A program made the translations under genes and the position numbers. This document shows positions 11,020 through 21,827 of a DNA stretch of 64,000 nucleotides, one piece after another (position 1 is the stretch's first letter; every line of letters starts with the position of its first letter). Source of the stretch: Cyanidioschyzon merolae (taxonomy: Eukaryota); the NCBI GenBank assembly GCA_000091205.1, contig AP006496.2; one strand, written 5' to 3'. Under the pieces are notes generated by a model. That model saw only the letters and a program-made list of their open reading frames with translations. It was not told where the DNA came from and did not search any database.

Positions 11020-12915
11020 ATGCACTGTGTTTCAAGGCTCACGGAGCGGTCCCTGGCTGTGATTCATCCAGGGAGCGCTCTGCAGACAGTGCGCCAAGTG
11101 CTCACGACGCTCCTGGTCGCGTGCAGCTCGGACGCTGCTGTTGTCACCGCTGCAATAGTTTGTCTCTCCGTGTACTTGTCGTTGCACGTTAACCAAGCAC
11201 GCCGGGCCGAAATCGCGCAGAACAGGCCAACCGACGGCCACGCTCAACGGCATGCACCTGGACTCTCAGATAAAGCGACCGCTAGACTAGTAGCAATAGA
11301 GATAGGACGTTCGAGCCGAACACTCTATGTTGACAAGGGCCCGCTGGATACAACAGCCTCAGAGCGATTGCTGCTGGCTATATCGGACGCAAGCTCCTTT
11401 CGCGCACGCGGAAGAAATGTATGGCGCGCTCTCGTGGGGTCGCTCTTGCCGGAGGGATTCGGCGACAAGACACGCTTCCCGCCCGTTGTTTCAGATGACT
11501 ACCTGCCGTATACCGTCCTTCACTTTATGCAGAACCTCGTCCACGCTGCAGCGTCAGTCATTGCGACGCAGTCGATGCTGATTGCCATCGGCGTCGCCAA
11601 GCAGGCCACCATCGGCGTCTCCGCTGCAGTGCAGTGGGTTCTCAAGGACGGGCTTGGGCGCATCGCTGCGATCATCTTCGGTTCGCTTCTGGGGAACCGC
11701 TACGACGCCGATCCGAAGCGTTGGCGAATGCGCGGCGATATGTTGTACACGCTGGGTGTGGGCACGGAGATCGCCACGCGCCTGGTACCGCAGTACTTTC
11801 TGCTGGTAGGCACCATGGCAAATGCCATCAAGTCCGTATCCTATATGATGCGATTGCCAACAGCTGCCGCCATTCGGAGGCATTTCTCCTTACGGGAAAA
11901 CTTTGGTGATCTATCTGCAAAGGCGAATTCGCAGGAGGTTCTCAGCATGTTGCTGGGTACTTTTGTAGGCATCGGCCTATCCTACATGATCGACAATAGT
12001 CTGAAGGCTCTCTTTGCATTCTACATCATTTATGTACAGATGTTCATTCTTTTTAACTACTGGTCACTTCGCGTTTTGCGGATGCGGACGCTGAACTTGC
12101 AGCGAACGCTCATTGTCATGAGGCGCTACTGGAACTCGGGTGGCGTTGAAACCTGCTCAGTGGCGATGGCGAACCAGGCGGAGAACTTTCTACTGCCATC
12201 GCGTTTGGGGCCCGCCCGCAGAGTGCGTTTCGGGTGTCGGCTGGGGGAAGCATTTCGAACGGTAGGCGAATTCGAAGAAGCGATTGCCAGGCAGCGATTA
12301 TGGCGAGGACAGTACCTCCAACAAACAGATGTCAGCAAGCGAAACGGCAATGCAGATGCTGACTTCACCAGTGTACCGGATGATGTACTCGATGAGCGCT
12401 ATTTGCTCGGCGTAGATGCAAAGCGTGGCCGAGTCTTCGTTGTCCTGCACCGGGACGCCAAAGTTGCAGATGAGCTGCAAGCGCTCATGCATGCGACCTA
12501 CTTGGTGCGTGCTGACTGGGGCCCGCCTCCCGACATGTCCATAGACAGGGTACGTGACGGCTACTTGCTGGCATGTGCAGAGACACCAGTCCTGGTTCAG
12601 CGCATGCGAGCAGTCGGTTGGAATGTGGACGAATTTGTGCACGCAGGCGGAGAGCGGGCAAGAGCCATCTGGGGAACGGAAATCGAACAGCTCGGCACAG
12701 CCGCTGCCGACGTCGAGCACCCGACGTCTGCGCTGACGCGCCTGCTTCATCCGGCAGTCACGAAGCAACCCTCATCGGTAGGTTCGTACGAGCTTCTCAC
12801 GACCGTTCAGGAATCAGCAGAGGCGACGGCAGCGGAGGAGTCGCTTGCCATGTCGCCATGGGGCCCTACGTTCCCCGAAGTGTCCTTCGGGTCCGAACTG
12901 GATATCGTATCTTGA
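11020..12915 (+). CDS. RUS-family protein (DUF647, root UV-B sensitive / vitamin B6 homeostasis family). The ORF is open upstream to 10432 and overlaps the repeat unit, so the start codon is uncertain.
   Basis: LLPEGFGDKTRFPPVVSDDYLPYTVLHFMQNLVHAAASVIATQSMLIAIGVAKQATIGVSAAVQWVLKDGLGRIAAIIFGSLLGNRYD matches the DUF647 core (LPxGFPxSVxxDY...QxxLxAIGVG...QWxLRD). Confidence 0.7.
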   Translation: MHCVSRLTERSLAVIHPGSALQTVRQVLTTLLVACSSDAAVVTAAIVCLSVYLSLHVNQARRAEIAQNRPTDGHAQRHAPGLSDKATARLVAIEIGRSSRTLYVDKGPLDTTASERLLLAISDASSFRARGRNVWRALVGSLLPEGFGDKTRFPPVVSDDYLPYTVLHFMQNLVHAAASVIATQSMLIAIGVAKQATIGVSAAVQWVLKDGLGRIAAIIFGSLLGNRYDADPKRWRMRGDMLYTLGVGTEIATRLVPQYFLLVGTMANAIKSVSYMMRLPTAAAIRRHFSLRENFGDLSAKANSQEVLSMLLGTFVGIGLSYMIDNSLKALFAFYIIYVQMFILFNYWSLRVLRMRTLNLQRTLIVMRRYWNSGGVETCSVAMANQAENFLLPSRLGPARRVRFGCRLGEAFRTVGEFEEAIARQRLWRGQYLQQTDVSKRNGNADADFTSVPDDVLDERYLLGVDAKRGRVFVVLHRDAKVADELQALMHATYLVRADWGPPPDMSIDRVRDGYLLACAETPVLVQRMRAVGWNVDEFVHAGGERARAIWGTEIEQLGTAAADVEHPTSALTRLLHPAVTKQPSSVGSYELLTTVQESAEATAAEESLAMSPWGPTFPEVSFGSELDIVS

Positions 12916-13556
12916 GGTCCGCTGAATAAAAGCCAGGATCTTGACGAGCGTGGCCGCAGGAACGCTTGGTGGTACGTTACGGCATCAGTCACGAATGCGG
13001 TTCACGAGGGCCGCGAAGAGCCTCCGCGGCAACCGAAAGACGCACGTGCTTTCGCAGCGGTTTACGGATACGAGCGCGTCGTACCAAGTGCACCTTTGCG
13101 GGGGATTTTGTGGGTAAGCACCGCTACCACCACCACCCCCACGATTTCCGTTGCGCAGCGAAACGAGGAGCAGTCCCTCCAGAAGCCGCGATCATTTGCA
13201 AGGCCAGAGGCTTTACGACACAGTAGAGCGGAATCATCGCAGATCCAAGGGAGAGTTGCACAATCGCAGGTAAGAGTTGGACCCAGTACGTCCAGAATCG
13301 ACCAAGCACCAACGCCTCTGCAGTGGCGGTGCGGTCCGTCGAGACGTTCCCGAGACAGCGTGCCCGTGCCAACCCAGCGAGGCGCCCTTTCTAGTTGTGA
13401 TATGTGTGACCGGCGATTCTCGAGGCGTCTAGGATGCACTGATCAACGAACGGTTTTCGATCGAAGCGATACGACTCCAGCGTAAACTGGCTCGCGCTCA
13501 CGTGCAACGGAATGGTAGGCATGAAGGTCGTTTCCCATCCCGCGCGCTTGCGTCCG

Positions 13557-14018
13557 TCACGTAGGGAAATAGCGCACCATCTGGAGACCTTTCCGCTCCA
13601 GACCGAGTTTCGCATAAAAGGCCTCGTTTTCTTCGACGCAGTCCAGGGTAACCTTGTAGCACTTGAACTGGTCCCGCGCTCGTGCACACAGCTCTCGAAC
13701 GAGGCGTGAGCCCAGGTTCCGCCGTCGATGCGCTGCGTCAACCACAACGTCCTCAATGTGACCGGCTTGCCCGCAGCTTCGCGTGAATTTGTACTCGATA
13801 AGCAGCGTTGCTGTCGCTGTTACGCGCTTTGTGGCGCTTTCGACGGCCACCAGCGTCACGTACGTGCCCGGCAGCTGCTGGCGAAGGCGGTAGCGTTCGC
13901 GCCAAAAGGACAACGGCAGCGTACCCGTCTGTGTAAGCTGGGCAAGCAACTCTGGAAACCCGTGCTCAAGATCTGTTTCGCATAGTTCACGTACTTCGTA
14001 TGAAGCAGTCTCGTCCAT
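13557..14018 (-). CDS. GNA1: Glucosamine-6-phosphate N-acetyltransferase (GNA1, GNAT family). I chose the internal Met start (MDETASY); the ORF track extends the frame to 14219.
   Basis: GFPELLAQLTQTG...GHIEDVVVDAAHRRRNLGSRLVRELCARARDQFKCYKVTLDCVEENEAFYAKLGLERKG matches GNA1 GHIEDIAVNSKYQGQGLGKLLI...GCYKIILDCDEKNVKFYEKCGF. Confidence 0.7.
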   Translation of the reverse strand: MDETASYEVRELCETDLEHGFPELLAQLTQTGTLPLSFWRERYRLRQQLPGTYVTLVAVESATKRVTATATLLIEYKFTRSCGQAGHIEDVVVDAAHRRRNLGSRLVRELCARARDQFKCYKVTLDCVEENEAFYAKLGLERKGLQMVRYFPT

Positions 14019-14231
14019 GCGCTGCTTCAACGTAGTGCGCTCGAGCAAGGTACGCAGCGCATGCCGCTTGGCATGCCGCAGCGCCAGCACCAACTGCAGT
14101 CGAGTGCGAGCGCATCCGCCTTGCAAGCGTAACGTCCTTAGGTCCGACTGTCCGCTCAGCGACTCGAGTGCTGCTATGCTGGTGCGCTTTATGGATTGTA
14201 CGCTTGTCATTGAGTACACTGAGCTGGGCTA

Positions 14232-15401
14232 ATGGCATCCGAGCAGCCTGCGGGCGTCGAAGACCCCGCGCAAGCGCACGACGCGGCAACCTTCAACCAG
14301 TCGGAGGAGCGACCAGTCAGCGCCCTAGCTTCGCAGCAGCGCTTACCATGGCAGCTACGCTGGCAACGAACCTTCAACGCACTGGGCGGCGTCGTGTCCA
14401 GGGCTCACGGCGGTATTACCGAGCAGTTTCGGGCTCTCTTTGCGCGCCGGATGGCCGCTGCCACTCCAGTGCTGCTATTTCTGGGTGACTCGCTGACACG
14501 TCGCGGCCTCGATATCAACGAATACGCTGGATACACCTCCGTTGGCTGGGGTCTGCGACTCGTTCACGCATACAACGGTGCGGCGGACTGCATCTTTCGT
14601 GGTCTGTCGGGTTATAACACGCGGTGGGCGCTGCCAGTGGTCCGGCATCACCTGTCGGATGTGGCACAGGAGCGTCTGCTGCTCGTTGGGATCTGGTTTG
14701 GAGCGAATGATGCCGCAGCACCCGGTACTGCACAGTGCATTCCACTGGATGAATACGCAAGCAATCTTTACGAGATGCTTCGGCTCATACTGGAGCGCTC
14801 GCACGACGCATCCCTGACCCTGACCAGCGAGAGGCATCCGCGGCGGCAGCAGCACGGTCGAACGCCACCGTCGCTCGCAGCGGCACCGGCACCTGATGCA
14901 TCGGAGGCGAATGAGATAGAGTCTGTTCGATACCCTCGTGTTCTGCTGATGACGCCACCGTGGGTAGACGAGGAAGCTCGGCGGCGCCATATCCAAAGCA
15001 GTCTCGCAGCGGAGCGCGCTGCGCCCGACGCCCACCAGCCATCGGACTCAGGTCAACGAACTGAGTCTGATCGTATGTGTGCACGAACTAGACAGTACGC
15101 GGCTGCTTGTCGCCGTGTTGCTGCGCAGATTCGACCCCGAGATCGAGTCTTGCTCCTAGATCTCTTTACGCAAATCGAGCAGCTGCCTCCAGCGGAACGT
15201 TCCGGCCTCTTCATCGATGGACTTCACCTGAGTGATCGAGGTCAGCGCTTCGTTTACGATGCCATTTTGGAGCTCATCGCCCGCGAGGCACCGGAGCTGT
15301 CACCGTCGAGCCTGGGTCAGTTTGCGATCCCGTGGTGCGATATAAATCCAGTTCGCCCACAGGAGCAACTGGCTGTGTATGACCAGCAGCGATGGTGGTA
15401 G
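14232..15401 (+). CDS. SGNH/GDSL hydrolase, isoamyl-acetate esterase (IAH1)-like
   Basis: VLLFLGDSLTRRG...GLSGYNTRWALPV...GIWFGANDAA...LFIDGLHLSDRGQRFVYD are the SGNH blocks I, II, III and V. Confidence 0.65.
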   Translation: MASEQPAGVEDPAQAHDAATFNQSEERPVSALASQQRLPWQLRWQRTFNALGGVVSRAHGGITEQFRALFARRMAAATPVLLFLGDSLTRRGLDINEYAGYTSVGWGLRLVHAYNGAADCIFRGLSGYNTRWALPVVRHHLSDVAQERLLLVGIWFGANDAAAPGTAQCIPLDEYASNLYEMLRLILERSHDASLTLTSERHPRRQQHGRTPPSLAAAPAPDASEANEIESVRYPRVLLMTPPWVDEEARRRHIQSSLAAERAAPDAHQPSDSGQRTESDRMCARTRQYAAACRRVAAQIRPRDRVLLLDLFTQIEQLPPAERSGLFIDGLHLSDRGQRFVYDAILELIAREAPELSPSSLGQFAIPWCDINPVRPQEQLAVYDQQRWW

Positions 15402-16285
15402 CGCTACCCTGCATGAGTGCCGCTGACGGGCTCCGAGCCCGAACGGAAGCCGAGGAAGGTGCACGCGCATCTACACTGCCGATTGATGCATGGTAGGACA
15501 AGAAGCACGCTGTTCTCAGTATGAATAGGAAACGAGTCTCGAATGTGGATACGTGCGACAAATAGGAAGCAGGCGCACCTGACAAAGCATTTGAAGTATC
15601 CGGGGTAAATCCAGACACCAAAATTTGACGCAGCATCCGAAGGTTTCATTCTGAGCGCGCACTACGGCGATGTGGTAGCACGCTGTGCCGTCTGCGTGCA
15701 GTGTACCGCACATCGTTCCCGTTGATATAGTCGATGACGCCTTTTCTTGGTCTCAGACTGGTGTCGAATGTATCCAGGAGACTGCGTGAGCGACGCTTGA
15801 GCGCACGTACGCGCACATGTATCCATGCATACATACGTCTAGGCACTGGCCAGTGATTACGACGCCTTGCGCAGTATGTCAGTTGCCGCGAGACCGGTGA
15901 GCGGGCGTTCACCAGCGAGCCATACCCGTGCACTCATGAACGTTTCGTGGCCAGGTGCGGCTCGCGCTGCCGTGTCCACCCTTGTGGCTCCAGCTGTTCC
16001 ACAGACGGGGAGCTTTCTGCGTTCGCGCGCTTCGGTATACGTGGTCGACACGCGCTCCCTCGTGAGTGGCAACTGCGGTCCACTTGGGCGATGCAGCGCC
16101 CTGGACCTGGCATTCTTACGGTCTCGGGAGCTTCATAGCATGAGTCGACGTTCGCAGCAGCCATCAAAGCATATGGAATGCTGCATGAATGACGTACGAG
16201 CGAATCCCGCCATGCATTGAAGCTGCGGGGCTGACGTTTTGCATCCTACACCTCCGAGGCCGCCAGCATACGTCCACGGTCCGCG

Positions 16286-16711
16286 CTAGAGTCGGAACGG
16301 CGCCATCGCGAGACCCTTTCCGCGCAACGCCTGTCGATAGACGACTTCGAAGAGGTCCACCAGCTGCTGCACGCTCGGCACCGGACGGGTCAGACGCGCC
16401 GTGTCTCCAGTACCACAGTCCACCTTGATGAGGCGCTTTCGATAATAGAACTGGAGCGACAGGGGTCGCCACGCCTCAACGCCGAAGCGCCGCGCAGCCT
16501 GCGGAACCTGCCGCAAGTCCACACCGTACACCACTGCGAACCTCCGCACGCGCGCTGCTGATCTTGCGAGGATTTCGTCCATGAAGACACAATCTACAGC
16601 TGCTGGATCGCTACTAAAGCGCAGGGCAACCAGACGCTCGGTTTCCTCAGCCAGTGCTTGTTGAATCGCCGCCATGGAGCCCAGTACCGGCACCAACGGT
16701 GCACTGTCCAT
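16286..16711 (-). CDS. DIM1: DIM1 / thioredoxin-like protein 4 (U5 snRNP 15-kDa, TXNL4 family)
   Basis: MDSAPLVPVLGSMAAIQQALAEETERLVALRFSSDPAAVDCVFMDEILARSAARVRRFAVVYGVDLRQVP...YYRKRLIKVDCGTGD...LFEVVYRQALRGKGLAMAP matches TXNL4A MSYMLPHLHNGWQVDQAILSEEDRVVVIRFGHDWDPTCMKMDEVLYSIAEKVKNFAVIYLVDITEVPDF...GTGNNNK...ETVYRGARKGRGLVVSP. Confidence 0.75.
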   Translation of the reverse strand: MDSAPLVPVLGSMAAIQQALAEETERLVALRFSSDPAAVDCVFMDEILARSAARVRRFAVVYGVDLRQVPQAARRFGVEAWRPLSLQFYYRKRLIKVDCGTGDTARLTRPVPSVQQLVDLFEVVYRQALRGKGLAMAPFRL

Positions 16712-17039
16712 ACCATCGGAGGTGTATGCAACCCCAACAAACAGCTATCGTTCACTGCAAGTCCATCGGCTGACGTTTGGCGTCACACGAGCGCTCGAGT
16801 CTGACGCTCGTGATACCACACGCGCATACGCAAGTCCGCACGCCCAGCCTTTCCTCTTCAATGGACAGCGTCCGCACAGGCGCACGTTTTCTGCCGCCTG
16901 CGCTGGCGCAGTTGCGCGCACGCAATCTGAAACGGTATGCACCTCTCCATTTACGCACCATCATGAATCTATAGTACTATGAATATACATAAATATATCA
17001 TTAGGTATCTATATGCCACCACAGCAGCACGTTCGGATT

Positions 17040-17230
17040 TTTTCGCTGACAAAACGTTTACTTCGGCCAGCGTTCTCCGATTAAGCGCATTTGTTTCTTA
17101 CTTTTTTTGTGGTTTTTTTCAGTGGGCGGTAAGGTGTCCATCAAACCCCCGACCTCCAAGTTACATTGCCGATACCTCTTCTCGGATATTCCGGTCGTTT
17201 CATACGTCCCATCGGGTGTGCCTAGTGCCT
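17040..17230 (+). repeat. ~150-190-nt conserved non-coding motif, copy 1 of 2 (second copy 28440-28620), containing a polypyrimidine tract followed by CAG, 6 nt, then GGTAAG
   Basis: ggccagcgttctccgattaagcgc...tttttttcagtgggcggtaaggtgtccatcaaacccccgacctccaag here, versus ggccagcgtcctccgattgtgcgc...ttttttttcagcgcgcggttaagcatccatcaaaccccctacttccaaa at 28.5 kb. Confidence 0.5.
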
Positions 17231-17905
17231 GCCGTTCCGTATCCGCCTTTGGACCTTAAATGCTAGAGCAGATAGTTCATAGAGCTAGAACAGCTTTTCT
17301 ATACCCGAGAGGACGTCGGCTCGAGGCGTGCTTCACCCAACGTAGAATCGGGTCTCGTCGTCAGTTTGTGCTCGGACAGTCTGCGGATGCAGGCTTGCCT
17401 TCGCTGCACGACACGCTGGAGAAACTTGGCTGTTAGGATGAATGCTGGGAGCCGCCTCTCTCCTTCGTGATCATGCATGGAATGCGTTGTTGTCGGTTGG
17501 CAATGCGGGTTTGTGCTTGACACCCACCACAGTGGGTAGGCGCAGAAAGCGCACTGGCCCCGTATGCGTATCCGATTCGCTGGACCTTGCGCCCAGAAGG
17601 TACCCTTGATGCCGATGCGCGTCGCGCACATTAGCATAAGCGCATAACCTGGACAATCCGACACCATCCACCATGCAAGCTGCGGAAGGCAGTTTGGTGG
17701 CGCCATTCGTGCCAGAGGCGCTGCTGCGCTTTCGGTTGCGCGCGCTGGCCATCGAGGTAGCGCGAATGCTCGCCAAAGTGCGCGCACAGCTCGCGCAACG
17801 GAATCCTGTGTGGGGTGTAGCGAATTCTCCCCCCCAGGTACCGCTACGCTGCTGCACTGAGGTCGACTCCAAAAGGGTGCCTGTTGGAGGCGTGAACCGC
17901 CATCA

Positions 17906-18541
17906 ATGCTGGTATCACTTGCTTCTAGTCCTTCTTTGGGTCTGAATTATTTGCGTTACCCAGCCAAAGCAGTGCGGGTAACGCGCTGTGAACGGCTTCG
18001 CCTCGCAAACGCGCGCCGGGGTGCAGGTCCCGCCAAGCTTGACGCGTGTGCACCTCGACCGGCCGGGGGCGACACGCTTCGCTGGCGTGATACTGTTGCG
18101 CTTTATGCACAGCTTTCCGCTGAACAAACTGTGGAGCACTTGCTCGAAGGTCTCTCGCGTCGACAGGCACTCACCACCGCGCAGGAGTGTGATGAGGGTA
18201 TTGAAGCGTTGTATGCCTTTGCGAACTTTGACGTCTGGTCGATCAAGAATGAGTTCTTCGGAAAGCGAATTGATTTGGGTCAGTTTGAACGCTTTAAGCG
18301 CATCATGATGGCGAGGCCGTATTCCGCGCTGCTCCGTCACAAGTGTCGATGCGTGCTTAGCTCAATGCGAGTCACCCCATACCTCTACCACTGCCGTATC
18401 CAGGTTCTCTCGAGCGTGGACGACGTTGCCGTTTTCAGGTTTTGCCTCAGCCGCCGAGCGTTGCCAGGCGCTCCACGTGCACCACGCCGTCCGCGTTTGT
18501 ACTGGATGGTTGACCAAATTCTCCATGAGCAAGTTTCATGA
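17906..18541 (+). CDS. Hypothetical protein with a conserved-looking core (EALYAFANFDVWSIKNEFFGKRIDLGQFERFKRIMMARPYSALL); family not recognised
   Basis: 211-aa ORF with mixed, moderately GC-biased third codon positions. A competing antisense ORF lies at 17915-18340. Confidence 0.3.
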   Translation: MLVSLASSPSLGLNYLRYPAKAVRVTRCERLRLANARRGAGPAKLDACAPRPAGGDTLRWRDTVALYAQLSAEQTVEHLLEGLSRRQALTTAQECDEGIEALYAFANFDVWSIKNEFFGKRIDLGQFERFKRIMMARPYSALLRHKCRCVLSSMRVTPYLYHCRIQVLSSVDDVAVFRFCLSRRALPGAPRAPRRPRLYWMVDQILHEQVS

Positions 18542-19286
18542 TGTCACTTCTTTGCACAGTCACATAAAGGCCGCCAATGGTGCCCCTTCATGTTTATGAT
18601 GTAGAAGGCTTGCTGTGCGCCATGCAGCGCAGGAGGCTGCTTCGTTCCGCTGCGCACTCTGGTGCGTGCTCGCTACCGAACGCTTGCATGCATCTCCATA
18701 GCGGGGCGCAGTCGCACGTCTCCACAGAGCCATTCCGGACATGATCGTCTTGAATGGTTTGTGTGTTGGAATACAACCCGTGGTGAAGCGTGATGCCGGC
18801 GAGGGTGACGCTTACCACGAAAACACCTCCTGCGACCAGTCGTCTTGCGGGCAGCTCCAGCCAGCGCTTTCCTGACAGTAACTGTCTTCCGAGCAAACTC
18901 GCGTACGTCATATAATTCTGCAGACACGTCCCCGTTTCACGGAAGGGAAAATCTCGAGGAGCAAAGCGGAGCCGCCCGCACGCCCACACACACACATCTA
19001 TGATAGGGACGAGAACGGATCACCCAGCACTTGTGTGACGAACAGTGCTCCGTGTCGCGTTCTGTTTCCGTGCACGAAAGGCTTGCTTTCAGCGCTACTT
19101 GTCGTAATTAAGGACCGGCCAGACCGTTGGAGCAGTGTCCGGTGCAGTAGACCGCGTACCTGAAAGCCACAAAAGGCGCACAGGGCAGAGCGCCGTACTG
19201 CGTCCAGCTCGCGAAACCGGTCGCTTCTTTCGGGCGATGGGCGCGGTCGCCTGCTGCTGGTCCGTGGTATCGCCGACACAAGGAGC

Positions 19287-21815
19287 GCCTTAAAAGTCGA
19301 ACGTCGCCGGCGGCCGTGTACAGTAGTGGCGAGAAACCCGCCCTAGATAAAACGTCTTCAGCTGACGTGCAGACGCCTCCCAGCTTTTTTGGACAGGCTA
19401 CCTACTACTGCCTCCAACTTTTTCTCATACAGCTCCACTTTGAATGATTGCGCAACAAAGTTCTCTCGTGTCAACTCTGGAGGTCTTCTTTCCACCACGG
19501 CACATCTCCTTATATTGATAGCGGCGTTAAAGTCACGATTCACAAACTCCATACGTTTCTTGCCATCTTTGTTTGTACACAGTAATGCGAGTAGTCCACG
19601 AGCTTTCGCCCTGCTTTCCATTTGCTCCTCCGTCAACGCTCCGTACTTTTTTACATCCTCAGGGCTTCACTGGTACTTTTCCATCTCCACTCTCTGAAGC
19701 GTACAACCCACTTCATGGTGTGTATACGACGTCCGGAACTCATCTACAGGTATCGTAACGAGATGCCTTTCACACACCTTGTGCGTTCTTGTAGCTGGAG
19801 CTAGCCTAGTCCCTTTTTCCCACGCCTACCGCCCTGCCCAATACGCTTCTACTAGCCTCTGACTGTCGCTCTCCTTCAAGGCGCTCAACTCATTGAAAAA
19901 ACTCGTGAACGCACGCTGCCTCCCACCGTGTAGATTCATACACAACCGAGCCCACCGGGGCTTTGTATACTCCTCCTACAGCGCCTCGCAATGAGCAACA
20001 CGAACTTCCATAAACTCCCGGAAAGCGTGAAAGTCCGCTCCCCGGCCCGTCACCTGGCTGATCGCTTCCAGGTGCTCTTTCAATCCTGCGTTCCACGCCC
20101 CACTTTTCTTCCTTTATTCATTACACTGAATTCTCGGTAATATCTCGTTCTTGAAAGCTTTAAAACACGCATGTGTTTTTGACGTAGGTTGCCGTCGATG
20201 CCATCATCCCCGCAATTGCGTGTTGTGATGGTCATGATATTCGTGTTCCCAGGGCCCGCGCCAACGACAAAGTGGTTCTCATGCACCTCCTGCTTCGTGG
20301 GGCTAGCCTCTTTGTTTTCTTCACGCTTTGCCAGCGACGGCAACGAAGACAGAACTGGACGATCCGCCTTCAAGCGCCGATAATGTACACGCATGGCTAT
20401 CGCATCACTTTCGATCATCCCAGTAAAGTCCTTTTTCTTGCTCGTTCTGAGACGTTTGGAATCGAAGATATTCTTCTTCCAGTACGTCTCCTGGTTTTCA
20501 CCGGTGAACTCCTTGTTGCTTACATCGAACACTGGACAGATCTCCGTAATGATGCCGTAAGGGATTTCGGAGTCGATACTCACAAAATGTGACTTGATGT
20601 TGCACAACGGAACGACGTTGAAGCGCTTCTCCAGAAGCGCAGCTTTCCGTTTCTCCGTCACTGCATTTGCTTCAACACCCTGCTCCATATCGGTCTTGCA
20701 TTTCAGTTGTCGGTTCAGGAATATGGTATAGCGCAAGATGAGGCGATCGTATCTTTCCGAATCTTTTTTCAACTCTGATATCTTTTCTGCTGGACTCGCC
20801 AGCCCCAAGACCACACGATGCTCTTTAATAGCTGCACGGATTACAGAATCCTCATTTGCTCTCCTGCGTGATGTCTTCTCGTGAACAAATTCGATCTACT
20901 GTTCATTCTTACTATCGTTTGTGATGCCATCGATGATGGTCCATATCCCTTTGCGAGAGGGGCCCGGGTAGCGCGTACAGACGGCGCGTATCATGAAACG
21001 TTCCAGGTTCATGGTCAAATAGTTCTTCAGGTTCGTGAGGTGCTTCATAACCCCGACGGTGTAAATACGCGAGTCACCCCTGTCTCGAGTACCGTTGAAG
21101 CGGAATTCGGCGTAATTTTCGTGGAGGGCATGCACCCGCTCATTTCTCCTCGACGTTTCCCCTGTACCAAGCATCAGGTGACGAATAAAGGTTTTGCCGA
21201 AAAATTCTTCCAGAACCTCGACTGTTTTGATGCCCGTTGCGTCGTCGCGCATCTCCTTCACCAAATGCATTATACCTGCAGAAGCCATCATAACACTCAT
21301 GGAGTCTGACTCGATACGGTTTCTGATGGCCTCTCGCAGCTTTCGCCGGGACGGATCCTTGATATGTGCGAGAAGACAGGTTTTCACCACCATCTGGTCG
21401 TACTGTCGTGTTTCGTTCAGCTTCTGACCTCGGGCCTCCCTCTTTTGCTCCATCGTCTTCTCATGTTCCTTTTAGCTCCGCCATGTTTTTCCTTAGTCTC
21501 CGGCAGTCGACGACACCAGATGTCCAGGATCCTCCAGTTTCTTTTCCACAACTTTTTCATTATTTTTGAAGAAGAAGAAGGCTCTTTCAACGCTTCTGAT
21601 ATGAATCGCTAAAATTGATTTGAATACACTAACTTGAGGTTTGAAACACAATTGCATTAAACAACTTTAATTTGTTACGACTTTAACGCAAATACAACTT
21701 GTACGGTAGAACAATAAGAAAACGGATTTTCACAATTTCGCGTTTCCTTTCAACGGCGACACGTGCGTCTTGTCTCGTACGACCTGATCTCCCCGGCGCG
21801 CTAACCGACCGCAGC
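19287..21815 (-). mobile_element. TnpB/Fanzor-like element copy A (pseudogene). Its 5' leader is truncated where element B begins, and it has an in-frame TAG, an internal deletion and frameshifts.
   Basis: ORF pieces 20896-21453, 20080-20814 and 19358-19636 on the minus strand are collinear with copy B at about 55-65% amino-acid identity ([17 protein letters not shown]; KRMEFVNRDFNAAINIRRCAVVERRPP...KVELYEKKLEAVVGS). The manual translation around 19985 reads VRVAHCEAL*EEYTKPR where B has VRVAHWDSLWEEYTKPR. The 3' tail after the stop codon matches B's tail (tcgccactactgtac...cttttaagg). Confidence 0.75.
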
Positions 21816-21827
21816 ATACAGAGCAAA

